From an uncultured Candidatus Binatia bacterium (lineage in GTDB: Bacteria; Desulfobacterota; Binatia; UBA9968; JAJDTQ01): a stretch of DNA of 64,000 nucleotides. The notes beneath the pieces were generated by a model, which saw only the letters and a list, made by a program, of their open reading frames with translations, was not told the origin of the DNA and did not search any database. The position numbers were made by a program, and so were the translations under genes. Location of the stretch: contig OZ251459.1 of the NCBI GenBank assembly GCA_965242525.1, positions 2,368,001 to 2,432,000 on the forward strand, in the 5' to 3' direction. This document shows positions 48,363 through 59,100 of the stretch, one piece after another. Position 1 is the stretch's first letter; each line of letters starts with the position of its first letter.

Positions 48363-48520
48363 GGAACCTTGAACAACCGGGAGGGGCATGAGCGCGTCCT
48401 TCGACTTCGCTACGCTACGCTCAGGACGAACGGGAGGCTACGCTACGCTCAGGACGAACGGGGACAGGAGGGTCAGGGTACGGGAGTCCATCCTGGATGT
48501 CTCGATGGTTCAGAGGTTCC
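48363..48520. mobile_element. MITE copy with TCAA target duplication
   Basis: GGAACCTTGAACAACCG...CGATGGTTCAGAGGTTCC; TCAA at 48359-48362 and 48521-48524. Confidence 0.85.
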
Positions 48521-48584
48521 TCAAGGGGAGTTGCCCTCCCTGCCCGATGGTTCGTGACCCTCGTCCGCCGCGGTCGTCGCGGCC

Positions 48585-48983
48585 TCAATAGATTCCCTTT
48601 GCGCGCTGGAGCGCACGGATGTAGGCGGTGATCTTCTCCACGTCGTCCGGGGAGACACCCGGGACCGGGGGCATGTTGCCGAAACGCCAGTGGTGTTGCC
48701 GCACGCCGTTCCGCACCGCGGCCTGGAACGCCCGGTCCGGGTGATGGTTGGGTTCGTAGAAGACGTGGACGAGCGGGGGGCCGATGCCGGTGCCCCTTGC
48801 TTCCCTGCCGTGGCAGGTCTGGCAATGGACGGCGAAGAGGCGGGCGCCGGCCTTCAACGACGCCGGCATCGGGGCGCCGGCGCCCGGTCCCTCTCCGTCC
48901 CCCGCGGTCCGATACCCCCACCACACCCCGACGCCCAGCGCCGCGGCAAGGAGCACGGCCGCCATCCACACCTGTCGTTTCAT
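48585..48983 (-). CDS. Monoheme cytochrome c
   Basis: N-terminal TM/signal, CQTCHG heme motif, GPPL, distal NMP; GGAGG RBS. Confidence 0.88.
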   Translation of the reverse strand: MKRQVWMAAVLLAAALGVGVWWGYRTAGDGEGPGAGAPMPASLKAGARLFAVHCQTCHGREARGTGIGPPLVHVFYEPNHHPDRAFQAAVRNGVRQHHWRFGNMPPVPGVSPDDVEKITAYIRALQRAKGIY

Positions 48984-49058
48984 CTCGCCTCCTCCGTACC
49001 CGTCCATGCTGGACTGCGCCGCGTTGATGCCTCCGTATCCGTCCGCTCGACCCGGTCG

Positions 49059-49266
49059 AGGAACCCCTGAACCACCGAGACATCCAGGATGGACTCCCTC
49101 ACCCTGACCATCCTGTCCCCGTTCGTCCTGAGCGTAGCGAGCGAAGTCCCCCCGTTCATCCTGAACGTAGCGAAGCGGAGTCCTCCCGTTCGTCCTGAGC
49201 GTAGCGTAGCGAAGTCCCCCCATTCATCCTGAGCGTAGCGAAGCGGAGTCGAAGGACGCGCTTTCC
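49059..49266. repeat. Partial MITE with four tandem REP-like cores
   Basis: GGAACCCCTGAACCACCG left end followed by core repeats. Confidence 0.7.
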
Positions 49267-49534
49267 CGCAGGGAGGGGGAAGTCGAGCCGGAACGGATCA
49301 GACGTTCCTTCATACCACACGCGCCGGCGCCGGTCAGTCACCGGGGCGCCCGGAGTCCGGCCAACGGCTCGCTGGTCCTGCCGGGCAAAAGGTTCGAGGG
49401 CTTGACAGACGCCATGCTCATGGAGCAGAGGGAGTGGTTGCAGCGGCGCGAGGCCGGGCGGACACCATGGACGGGGTGCGCGCCGTCTGCGAGGCGGCCA
49501 ACGCCGGGCGCGGCCCGGACCGGAAGGAGTTTGC

Positions 49535-50680
49535 GTGAGCGAGGCATCGATCATGAGGACGGACGTGGTGGGCAGCCTGCTGCGTCCGGAGAGGCTCAAG
49601 CGCGCCCGGCGCCGTTTCGACGCCGGCGAGACCGGCGCAGGAGAGTTGCGCGCGGTGGAGGACGAGTGCATCCGGGAAGCGGTCCGGATGCAGGAGGCCG
49701 CGGGCCTCGGCGTGGTCACCGACGGGGAGTTCCGCCGGTTGAACTTCCAGGACAGTTTCGGCGCCTGCGTCGAGGGCTTTCGTTCCGTGGCGCCGCGCAT
49801 GGAGATCCTGGAGGACCAGGCCCGGCACGGCAAGGCGCTGCAGCGCTGGGACGTCCGGCGCGACGCCGCGGCCGGCGTGCCCGTGTGGCACCGGCTGCCC
49901 GCGGCCGAGCGGCTGCGTCTCGTCCGCAACCTCCCCCTCGACGAGTACCGCTACGTCAGCACCGTGGCGCAGGCTCCCGCCAAGGTCACGCTCATCGGCC
50001 CCGACCGCATCAGCCAGCGGTTCGACCACGAAGGCTCGCGGGACGTCTACGCCACCCCCGAGGAGTTCCTCGACCATGTGGTGGCCATCGAGAAGGCCAT
50101 GGTGGCGAGCCTGGTGGAGGCGGGCTGCGGCTACGTCCAGATCGACGCGCCCGGGTACACGGCCTACGTGGACGAGCCGTCCCTGGAAGCCATGAGGCAG
50201 CGGGGCGAAGACCCGGACGCGAACCTGGAGCGCTCCATCGCGGCCGACAACCGGCTCCTCGAAGCCTTTGGCGGCGCGGTGTCCGGCATCCATCTCTGCC
50301 GGGGCAACCAGCGCAGCATGTGGCACCGGGAGGGCTCCTACGACGCGGTGGCGGAGCGGCTGTTCTCCGGGCTGAAGCACCGGCGGCTGCTGCTCGAGTA
50401 CGACTCGGAACGCGCGGGCGGGTTCGAACCGCTGCGGTTCGTCCCCAGGGGGACGGTGGTGGTGCTGGGACTGGTCAGCACCAAGACGCCGGAACTGGAG
50501 GGCGTGGACCGCCTCAAGCGGCGCATCGACGACGCGGCCCGGTTCCTGCCGCTGGAGCAGTTGGCCGTCAGCCCCCAGTGCGGGTTTTCTTCCGACGTGG
50601 TGGGCAACCTGTTGACCGAAGACGACCAGAAGCGGAAGCTCCACCGGGTGGCGGAGACGGCGAGGCAGGTATGGGGCTGA
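49535..50680 (+). CDS. Cobalamin-independent methionine synthase II family protein
   Basis: VVGSLLRP, VTDGEFRR, QIDAP, HLCRGN, LEYDSERAG and SPQCGF zinc motifs. Confidence 0.9.
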   Translation: MSEASIMRTDVVGSLLRPERLKRARRRFDAGETGAGELRAVEDECIREAVRMQEAAGLGVVTDGEFRRLNFQDSFGACVEGFRSVAPRMEILEDQARHGKALQRWDVRRDAAAGVPVWHRLPAAERLRLVRNLPLDEYRYVSTVAQAPAKVTLIGPDRISQRFDHEGSRDVYATPEEFLDHVVAIEKAMVASLVEAGCGYVQIDAPGYTAYVDEPSLEAMRQRGEDPDANLERSIAADNRLLEAFGGAVSGIHLCRGNQRSMWHREGSYDAVAERLFSGLKHRRLLLEYDSERAGGFEPLRFVPRGTVVVLGLVSTKTPELEGVDRLKRRIDDAARFLPLEQLAVSPQCGFSSDVVGNLLTEDDQKRKLHRVAETARQVWG

Positions 50681-50702
50681 CCCGCGGGCGGGGGTGGAGG
50701 CC

Positions 50703-51287
50703 ATGAGCGACCCGGCGGCCTTTCCGAGCTTCGTGGACGGCCGTGTGACCGTCAAGGTCGGAGACATCACCCGAGAGGCGGTGGACGCGGTGGTCAACGC
50801 GGCCAACGGCGCGCTCATGGGCGGGGGCGGCGTGGACGGGGCCATCCACCGGGCGGGCGGCCCGGCCATCCTGGAGGAATGCAGGGCCATCCGGGCCGCG
50901 AGGTATCCGGACGGCCTTCCCGCGGGCGAGGCGGTCCTGACCACCGCCGGAAACATGCCCGCGCGCCACGTGATCCACACGGTGGGGCCGGTGTACGGAC
51001 GCGGCGGCCCGGACAAGGCGGAGAAGCTCGCCCGGTGCTACCGCAACTCCCTGGCCCTGGCCGCGGCCCACGGACTGGCCACGGTGGCCTTCCCGGCCAT
51101 CTCCACCGGCGTGTACGGCTATCCCCCGGACGAGGCGGCCGCGGTGTCGTCCGGGGCCATCCGGCAGGCCCTCGGCTCCAGCCCTTCCATCACGGAAGTC
51201 CGGCTGGTGTTCTTTGCGCCCGGCGACGCGGACGAGTTCCTGCGCTGCCACGCCTTCGACGAAGGCCGCGGGGACCCGTCCAGGTAG
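50703..51287 (+). CDS. Macro-domain O-acetyl-ADP-ribose deacetylase (YmdB-like)
   Basis: GDIT...DAVVNAAN..LMGGGGVDGAIH, VIHTVGP and FPAISTGVYGYP motifs. Confidence 0.92.
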   Translation: MSDPAAFPSFVDGRVTVKVGDITREAVDAVVNAANGALMGGGGVDGAIHRAGGPAILEECRAIRAARYPDGLPAGEAVLTTAGNMPARHVIHTVGPVYGRGGPDKAEKLARCYRNSLALAAAHGLATVAFPAISTGVYGYPPDEAAAVSSGAIRQALGSSPSITEVRLVFFAPGDADEFLRCHAFDEGRGDPSR

Positions 51288-51522
51288 GCGGACCGTAGCA
51301 GGAGACAGGGGAAAGCCCCGGGGGTCGGGGCGGTCCGGTGGACCGCGGCATGGGGCCGGCCGGGGCGCGGATCCGGGCCCTCGGGCGGCCTTTCGGAAGG
51401 CAAATCCGGCCCGAAAAGTCAAGCCTGGGGACCGGGATTCATGGGTTGACCCCTCACTTGCGATGTTCTAAAGGTGGCTACTCCGAAACGCACCGGAAGA
51501 GGAACGACAAGAGGAACGACGT

Positions 51523-52818
51523 ATGACGGCAGAGACTTTGACCGTGACGGACAACCGGACGGGCGCCACCTACGAGATCCCGATACGGAACGGCGCCATC
51601 AACGCTTTCCACCTTCGGCAGATCAAGGAGTCGGAAGGCGATTTCGGCCTCATGAGCTATGACCCGGGCTTCCTCAACACCGCCTCGTGCCACAGCCGCA
51701 TCACCTTCATCGACGGTGACGCGGGCATACTGCGCTACCGCGGATACCCCATCGAGCAACTGGCGGAGGAGAGCAGCTACCTGGAGACCACCTACCTCAT
51801 CTTCCACGGGGAACTGCCGACGGTCCCGGAGCTGGAGGAGTGGCGCTGGAGCGTGGCCAACCACATGCTGCTCCACGAGAACATCAAGAAGTTCATCGAC
51901 GGGTTCAAGTACGACGCCCACCCCATGGGCATGCTGGTGAGCTCCATCGCCGCCCTTTCGACCTTCTACCCCGACGCCAAGAAGATGTTCGACCCGGAGT
52001 CCCGGCGCACCCAGATATTCCGCCTGATGGGCAAGATCCCCACGCTGGCGGCCTTCGTCTATCGCCACAGCATGGGACTCCCCTACGCCTACCCGGACAA
52101 CGAGCTCAGCTACACGGGCAACTTCCTCAACATGCTGTTCAAGATGACCGAGCTCCAGTATTCGCCGGACCCGGTGCTGGAGAAGGCCCTGGACGTGCTC
52201 TTCATCCTGCACGCGGACCACGAGCAGAACTGCAGCACCAACGCCATGCGCAGCGTCGGCAGCTCCCAGGCCGACCCGTACTCGGCCCTGGCGGGGGCCG
52301 CGGCCGCGCTCTACGGCCCGCTCCACGGCGGCGCCAACGAGATGGTGTTGCGGATGCTGGAGGGGATCGGCTCCAGGGACAAGGTGCCGGGCTTCATCAA
52401 GGGGGTGAAGGCCGGCGAGGGGCGCCTCATGGGCTTCGGCCACCGGGTTTACAAGAACTACGACCCCCGGGCCAAGGTCATCAAGCGGGTGGCGGACCAG
52501 GTCTTCGAGGTCACCGGCCGCAACCCGTTGCTGGACATCGCCCTGGAGCTCGAACGCATCGCGCTGGAGGACGAGTACTTCATCGAGCGCAAGCTCTATC
52601 CCAACGTGGACTTCTACTCCGGCCTCATCTACCAGTCCATGGGGTTGCCCGTGAGCATGTTCCCGGTGCTGTTCGCCATCGCCCGGACCTCGGGCTGGCT
52701 CGCCCAGTGGGTGGAGATGCTGGAGGACCCCGACCAGAAGCTCGCGCGCCCGCGCCAACTCTACATGGGTTCGGACGTGCGCGACTACGTCCCCATGGAC
52801 CGCCGCCGCGCGGCGTAG
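51523..52818 (+). CDS. gltA: Citrate synthase
   Basis: YDPGFLNTASC, LRYRGYPIEQLA, HADHEQNCST, GPLHGGANE, MGFGHRVYKNYDPRA and PNVDFYSG motifs. Confidence 0.96.
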   Translation: MTAETLTVTDNRTGATYEIPIRNGAINAFHLRQIKESEGDFGLMSYDPGFLNTASCHSRITFIDGDAGILRYRGYPIEQLAEESSYLETTYLIFHGELPTVPELEEWRWSVANHMLLHENIKKFIDGFKYDAHPMGMLVSSIAALSTFYPDAKKMFDPESRRTQIFRLMGKIPTLAAFVYRHSMGLPYAYPDNELSYTGNFLNMLFKMTELQYSPDPVLEKALDVLFILHADHEQNCSTNAMRSVGSSQADPYSALAGAAAALYGPLHGGANEMVLRMLEGIGSRDKVPGFIKGVKAGEGRLMGFGHRVYKNYDPRAKVIKRVADQVFEVTGRNPLLDIALELERIALEDEYFIERKLYPNVDFYSGLIYQSMGLPVSMFPVLFAIARTSGWLAQWVEMLEDPDQKLARPRQLYMGSDVRDYVPMDRRRAA

Positions 52819-53065
52819 GGGAGTCCCCGACCCGATGGCGGATACGACGGCGCCGCGGCCGTGACGGCTCGGAGACCCCGCAAAGCCTCCCCGGAGTCCG
52901 GTCAGCGGTACGGTCCGTATCGCGTCTGGATCGGATGCCTTTCGTCGATCAGGAGTTCTCCCGACTCTTGACCGCTTGGTGGCGGCCGCCATCGGGCAGC
53001 GTGTTCGCCCACGAGACCGGCCGTTTGAAGGCTCGCTGCTTTCCGCCACTCAGGGATGATGTTTG

Positions 53066-56000
53066 ATGGACACTGATTCCAGAGGACGAGACCTGTTCAT
53101 CGTGGACAACAGCGTCTCTGGCTGGACGGGGCTCCGTTACCTGGAAGAATGGGCGAAGATCGCCAGCGCCTTTGACGTCGCCACCGGTTTCTTCGAGATC
53201 GGTGCCCTGCTGGCCCTGGACGGCAAATGGCAGGATCTTGACCGAATTCGGGTGCTGATGGGGGCCGAGATCAGCGCACGCACCCGGCGTATACTCGTTG
53301 ACGGGGTACGCCGCCATGCAGCCGAGAAGCTGGACCGAAGCATCGAAGCCGACAAGCAGGACAATCCTTTCCTGAAGGGCGTTCCCGCGATTCTTGATGC
53401 ACTGCGTGAGCGGCGGATAGAGTGCCGCATCTACGATAAAGGCAAGTTCCATGCCAAGGCCTTCATCACTCACGCAAGGATTGAAGTGGTAGGTTCCCAG
53501 GCGCTGGTGGGCTCCAGCAACTTCACCAAGCCGGGTCTTACCGAGAACATCGAATTGAATGTTCAGGTGCAGAGCGCCCGCGAGGTGGCCCAGCTTCAGG
53601 ACTGGTTCGAAGCGCATTGGTCCGAGGCCAGAGAAGTCACGGATGAGATGATCGAGGTCGTCGAGCGCCACACCCGCCTGTACTCACCGTTTGACGTTTA
53701 CGCGAAGGCATTGCAGGAGTTCTTCCGCGGCCATGAACTCACGGCCACGGAGTGGGACGAAAACAGCTCGAAGATGTTTCCCAGGCTGGACCGTTACCAA
53801 CAGGAGGCGTACTGGGCCTTGATGAAGATCGCCCGGAAGCATGGAGGCGCGTTCCTTTGCGACGGTGTCGGTCTCGGCAAGACCTTCGTCGGTCTGATGC
53901 TTATCGAGCGTCTGGTGCTCCACGAAGGCAAGCGGGTGGTCCTGTTTGCCCCCAAGGCCACCAGGGAGGGTGTCTGGGAACCCCACCTGCGCGAATGGTT
54001 GCCTCATATCGGAGGCGGCCAGGATTTCAGCAACCTGGCTGTCTTCAGCCACACGGATCTCAACCGAAAGGGTGATTTTCCGGAACGGTTCCGGCGGGTT
54101 GCGGAACTCGCGGATTTGGTGGTGATCGATGAGGCGCATCATTTCCGCAATCCTGGCACCCGGGGCGGCGGCGACCGGGAACCCTCCCGTTACTACCGAC
54201 TCTACGACATCCTTGACAACGCCGTGCGACCCAAAACCCTGTTCATGCTCACCGCCACACCCATCAACAATCGTCTGAGCGACTTTCGTCACTTGATCGA
54301 GTTGTTCACCCGCCGGGACCAGTCCTGGTTCGCCCGCACCCTTGGCGTGAACAACCTGAGCGCTCACGTAAACCGCATGGAGAACGTTCTTCGCCAGCGA
54401 TTGGGAGATGTGACCGAGCATGCCGTGGAAGCGCAGGAAATTCTGTCGACAGACGCGCTCTTTCGTGAACTTGTGGTACAGCGCAGCCGGGCCTATGCCC
54501 GGGAGAGTCAGATACAGCAGACCGGCAATGCCGCGGTGTTTCCCGAACGCAAGGCGCCACAGGTGGCTGCCTATTCCATCCGAAAGACCTACGGTCGCCT
54601 GCTGGAACTGTTCGAGAAGGCATTCACCCGTGACAATCCGTTATTCACTCTGCCCATGTACTACCCGCTGCATTGGTACAAGGGTTCGGACCAGGAGATG
54701 GACCTTTTCGAGGAGAACCGCCAGAAGCAGGTGGTAGGCCTGATCCGGACGAACTTCCTCAAGCGCTTCGAAAGTTCGGTGACAGCGTTTGAAGTCTCCT
54801 GCGACCGCCTGCTGAGGAAGCTGTTGGCCTTCGTCGAGGTCCACAGCGAAAGCGACGGTGAAAAACGGCGGCTCGACCGCTGGAAACGGCAAAACGCCGA
54901 TATACTCAACTACGCAGCGCAGCGTCAATTCGAGTTGTGGGGCGACGATGACGATGAATCCGAAGACGACGACATCGTCTCTGCAGAAATGCTGGAGGAC
55001 GTGGTCAAGCTGGATCGAGAGGATTACGAAGTCGAGGAGATGATTTCCGAAACTTTCCTGGACCTCGACCAACTTGCACGGTTTCTGGACGAGGCTCGGA
55101 AATTCGAGTCGAAACACGACGACAAGCTCCAGAAGCTTACTCGACTCCTCCAGTCCAGAGACCTCAAGGGCCAGAAAGTGCTCATCTTCACGGAATTTGC
55201 GGACACTGCCCGTTACCTGATGCGCCAACTCGATGACGCCGGAATCGAGGGCGTGGCCCAGGTGGACAGTGCGTCCAAGACCAACCGCGCCGACGTGATT
55301 CAGCGTTTCTCCCCGTATTACAACGGCTGTTCTTCGGCGACTCTCGCCGTTCAGGGAGGGAAGGAGATTCAGGTCCTCATTTCAACGGACGTCCTGTCGG
55401 AAGGCTTGAACCTTCAGGATGCGTCATACGTGATCAACTACGATATCCACTGGAATCCGGTGCGCCTGATGCAACGCATCGGACGTGTGGACAGGCGCAT
55501 GAACCCGGAAGTCGAGGAACATCTCGTTGCCGATCACCCTCGATTCAAGAATTCCCGCGGCAAAGTGGGCTTCTGGAATTTCCTGCCCCCAGAAGAACTC
55601 AACGCCATCCTGACCCTTTACACCAGGGTGACGCAGAAGACCCTGCTGATATCCAGGACCCTCGGCATCGAAGGCAGGAAGCTGCTGACCCCGGAAGACG
55701 ATTTCGATGCCCTCAGGGAGTTCAATCATGCATACGAGGGCGCGCGTTCGGCAGTGGAAGACATGAATCTCGAATACCAGGCCCTGATACGGGAAGATCC
55801 TGGTCTTGAGTCACGGCGCAACCGTTTACCCGGGGCCACGTTCAGCGGCAAAGCGCCGTCGGACGGAGGCCTTCGGGGCGTATTCTTCTGCTATGCATTA
55901 CCTGGTTTTGACAAGCGGACCGGCGAATTTACCGAGGAAACAGGCCTGACGCGATGGTACTTCCATGATCTCTACCGGGATGCGATTCTTGAAGAATCCG

Positions 56001-56190
56001 GAGACATCATTGCCAGTATCCGCTCCAAGCCCGATACACCCAGACGATGTACGGCCGACGAGAAGACGCTTATCGAGATCCGCTCCAGGGTCGAGAGCAC
56101 ATCAAGAACACCTATCTCAAGCGTGTCGATGCGCCGGTTGGCGCGAAGGCGTCGCTCAAGTGCTGGATGGAGTTGCTTGATGCCAACTGA
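53066..56190 (+). CDS. PLD-nuclease + SNF2 helicase (natural end at 56190; read as fused to the next gene through a 1-bp deletion)
   Basis: FHAKAFI...GSSNFT..GL..NIELN (PLD); DGVGLGKT, IDEAHHFRN, LTATP, SEGLNLQ and QRIGRVDR; the alternative frame from ~56098 gives HIKNTYLKRVDAPVGAKASLKCWMEL..*. Confidence 0.85.
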
Positions 56191-59100
56191 CCACCGCACC
56201 GCGCTTGCCGCCATCCGGCGTTTCGATCAGTTGATCGCTTTTCTACGGGACGAGATGGATTGGCCGATTGCGAGCGGCGATTTCGAGGATCTGACCTTCG
56301 ACTACACTCCGGAGGAGCTCGGCATCAAGGTCCAGCATGCAGCAAAGATTCAGGAGATCAAGCGTCTTCGTCCGCTGGCTCCGAAACAGCCCTGGGGCGT
56401 GTTTTTCGTCAAGTTCGAGCCGAAGCGCCTGCCTGTGGTGGCGTTGCGCAGCATCCTGGGGCGAGTGGTGCTCAAGAAGCGTGCGTCAGTCAATGACGCG
56501 GAGCAGCCAACTTGGGCCATGGAGGATCTGCTATTCATCTCCAACTATGGCGAGGGAGAAGCTCGACAGATCAGCTTCGCGCACTTTGCGGCGCCAGCAG
56601 GCGGCAACAGACTGCCGACCCTCAAGGTGCTGGGCTGGGATGACCGCGCCACGCTTTTGCATCTGGACCACGTTGCGCGGGAGTTGACCCAACGCTTGGC
56701 GTGGCCCGATGACGAGGATGATGCCGATGCTTGGCGCGAACAGTGGCGGACTGCGTTTACCCTGATGCATCGGGAGACCATCAACACTTCGCAGGCACTT
56801 TCTGTACATCTGGCTGGTTTGGCCCGGTCCATCCGGGAGCGAATTCACTTCGTGCTGGAGATTGAGTCCGATAACGGTCGTATCACGGCGCTCATGAAGG
56901 CGTTCCGCATTGCCTTGATCCATGACCTCGATGAGGACGGATTCGCAGACATGGCTGCCCAGACAATCGCCTATGGCCTGCTTTCGGCACGCATCGCAGA
57001 CCGGGAGCGAGCGACTGTTCCTGATTTCACCGGCCAGATGAAGACCAATCCGCTTCTGCGCGATCTGATGGCGACCTTCCTGCATCTCTCTCATGGTGAC
57101 CATGGGACCAGGATCGATTTCGACGAGTTGGGGGTCGCGGATGTCGTCGAGTTGCTGGACCGTGCCAACATGGAAGCAGTGGTACGCGATTTCGGTGACC
57201 GCAATCCTCGCGAAGATCCGGTGATCCACTTCTACGAGAGTTTCCTGACGGAGTACGATAAGCGGAAGAGGTTCAAACGAGGCGTCTTCTACACTCCGCG
57301 CCCTGTGGTCTCCTACATCATCCGCTCTGTCGATGCCCTGCTGTGCGAGGACTTCGGCTTGGCTGACGGTCTCGCGGACACCTCAACTTGGGCAGAGATG
57401 GCCGAACGTGTGGAAGGTCTGATCATCCCGGAAGGCGTTTCGCCTGAACAGGACTTCGTGCAGATCCTCCATCCGGCATCGGGCACGGGCACCTTCCTGG
57501 TCGAGGTCATCGAGTTGATCTACAAGCGTTGCCAGGAAAAGTGGCAGTCGCAGGGTCATGACAAGGGGCGGATCGAAGCACTGTGGAACGAGTACGTCCC
57601 TCGACACCTGCTGCCGCGTCTCCACGGCTATGAACTACAGATGGCGCCCTACACCATCGCGCACCTGAAGATCAGCCTCAAGCTCTATGAGACCGGCTAC
57701 CGCTTTGGAGTAGATGAGCGAGCCCGAGTGTATCTCACCAATGCACTGGAGCCGGCGCAGGATTTCTCCGACCTGCTCGACTTCGCCGTCCCGGCGATAG
57801 CCCACGAAGCGCAGGCGGTGAACGAGGTAAAGGCTGGGCAGCGATTTACGGTGATCCTTGGCAACCCACCGTATTCCGGCCATTCTGCCAACAAAGGAAA
57901 GTGGCTTCGGGGTCTGCTGCATGGCTGCGCGGGCGACAGATCGGTTGAAAGCTACTTTGATGTTGATGGCAATCGCCTGAAGGAGAGGAATCCCAAATGG
58001 TTGAACGACGACTACACGAAGTTTATCCGTCTAGCTCATTGGCAGATCGAACAAACAGGCCAGGGGATCGTTGGTTTCGTCACCAACCACAGCTATCTGG
58101 ACAACCCTACATTTCGTGGTATGCGCGAAAGCCTCAGCGTCACCTTTCCCCGGATATTCCTGCTTGACCTGCACGGTAATACGAAAAAAAGGGAACGCAC
58201 GCCTGATGGTGGCAAAGATGAGAATGTCTTCGACATTCAGCAAGGGGTCGCTATCGGCCTGTTTGCAAGATCTGCGAACGAGGTGGCTACAGTAAACCAC
58301 GCTGACCTATGGGGTGGGCGCGAGCATAGCAAGTTTGTTTGTCTTCTTAATGACCATGTGTTGAGCACTCCATGGCAGACCTTGTCTCCTCAGTCTCCAT
58401 TGCACCTGTTCGTGCCACGGAGCGATAAGTTCCAGGATGAGTATGACTCTGGCTGGAGACTGGATCATGTCTTCCCAGTCCACCAAGTAGGCATGACAAC
58501 GGCACGTGACCGTGTAGTCATTGATTTCGAGGCTATACCTATTCTTGAGCGCGCCCGTCGCTTCCGTGACTCAAAGGAAGCGGATGTCCATCTTTGTGCA
58601 GAACTGGGGATTCCCATGAAGAAGGGATGGAATATAAGTAAGGCAAGAGAGCTTCTTCAGAGGGAGGATGATCTTGAGGACTTGATAAAACCAGTTCTGC
58701 GTCGTCCATTCGATGCGCGGTTGATCCTTTACCATGACTCACTCGTTTGGCGTACCATGAAGAAACTCATGGGTCACATGCTGGCCGGGAAGAATATCGG
58801 AATCATCACAACACGACAATGTAAGGACAATTGGAGTGCAATGGTATCGAACATGATTATTACGCACAAGGCATTGGACGCTTATGACATAAATTCACTG
58901 TTTCCCTTGTATATTTATCCACTAGATCTCGCCACGAAGACCAGCAGTCAGCGGACGCCTAATCTCGACTCGCAATTCACGCAGACCTTCAAGGCCGCCA
59001 TCGGTCTCGACTTGATCACCGATGGTGTCGGTAATCTTACTGGCACCTTTGGTCCTGAGGACATCTTCCACTACATCTATACAGTATGCTACTCTCCGGA

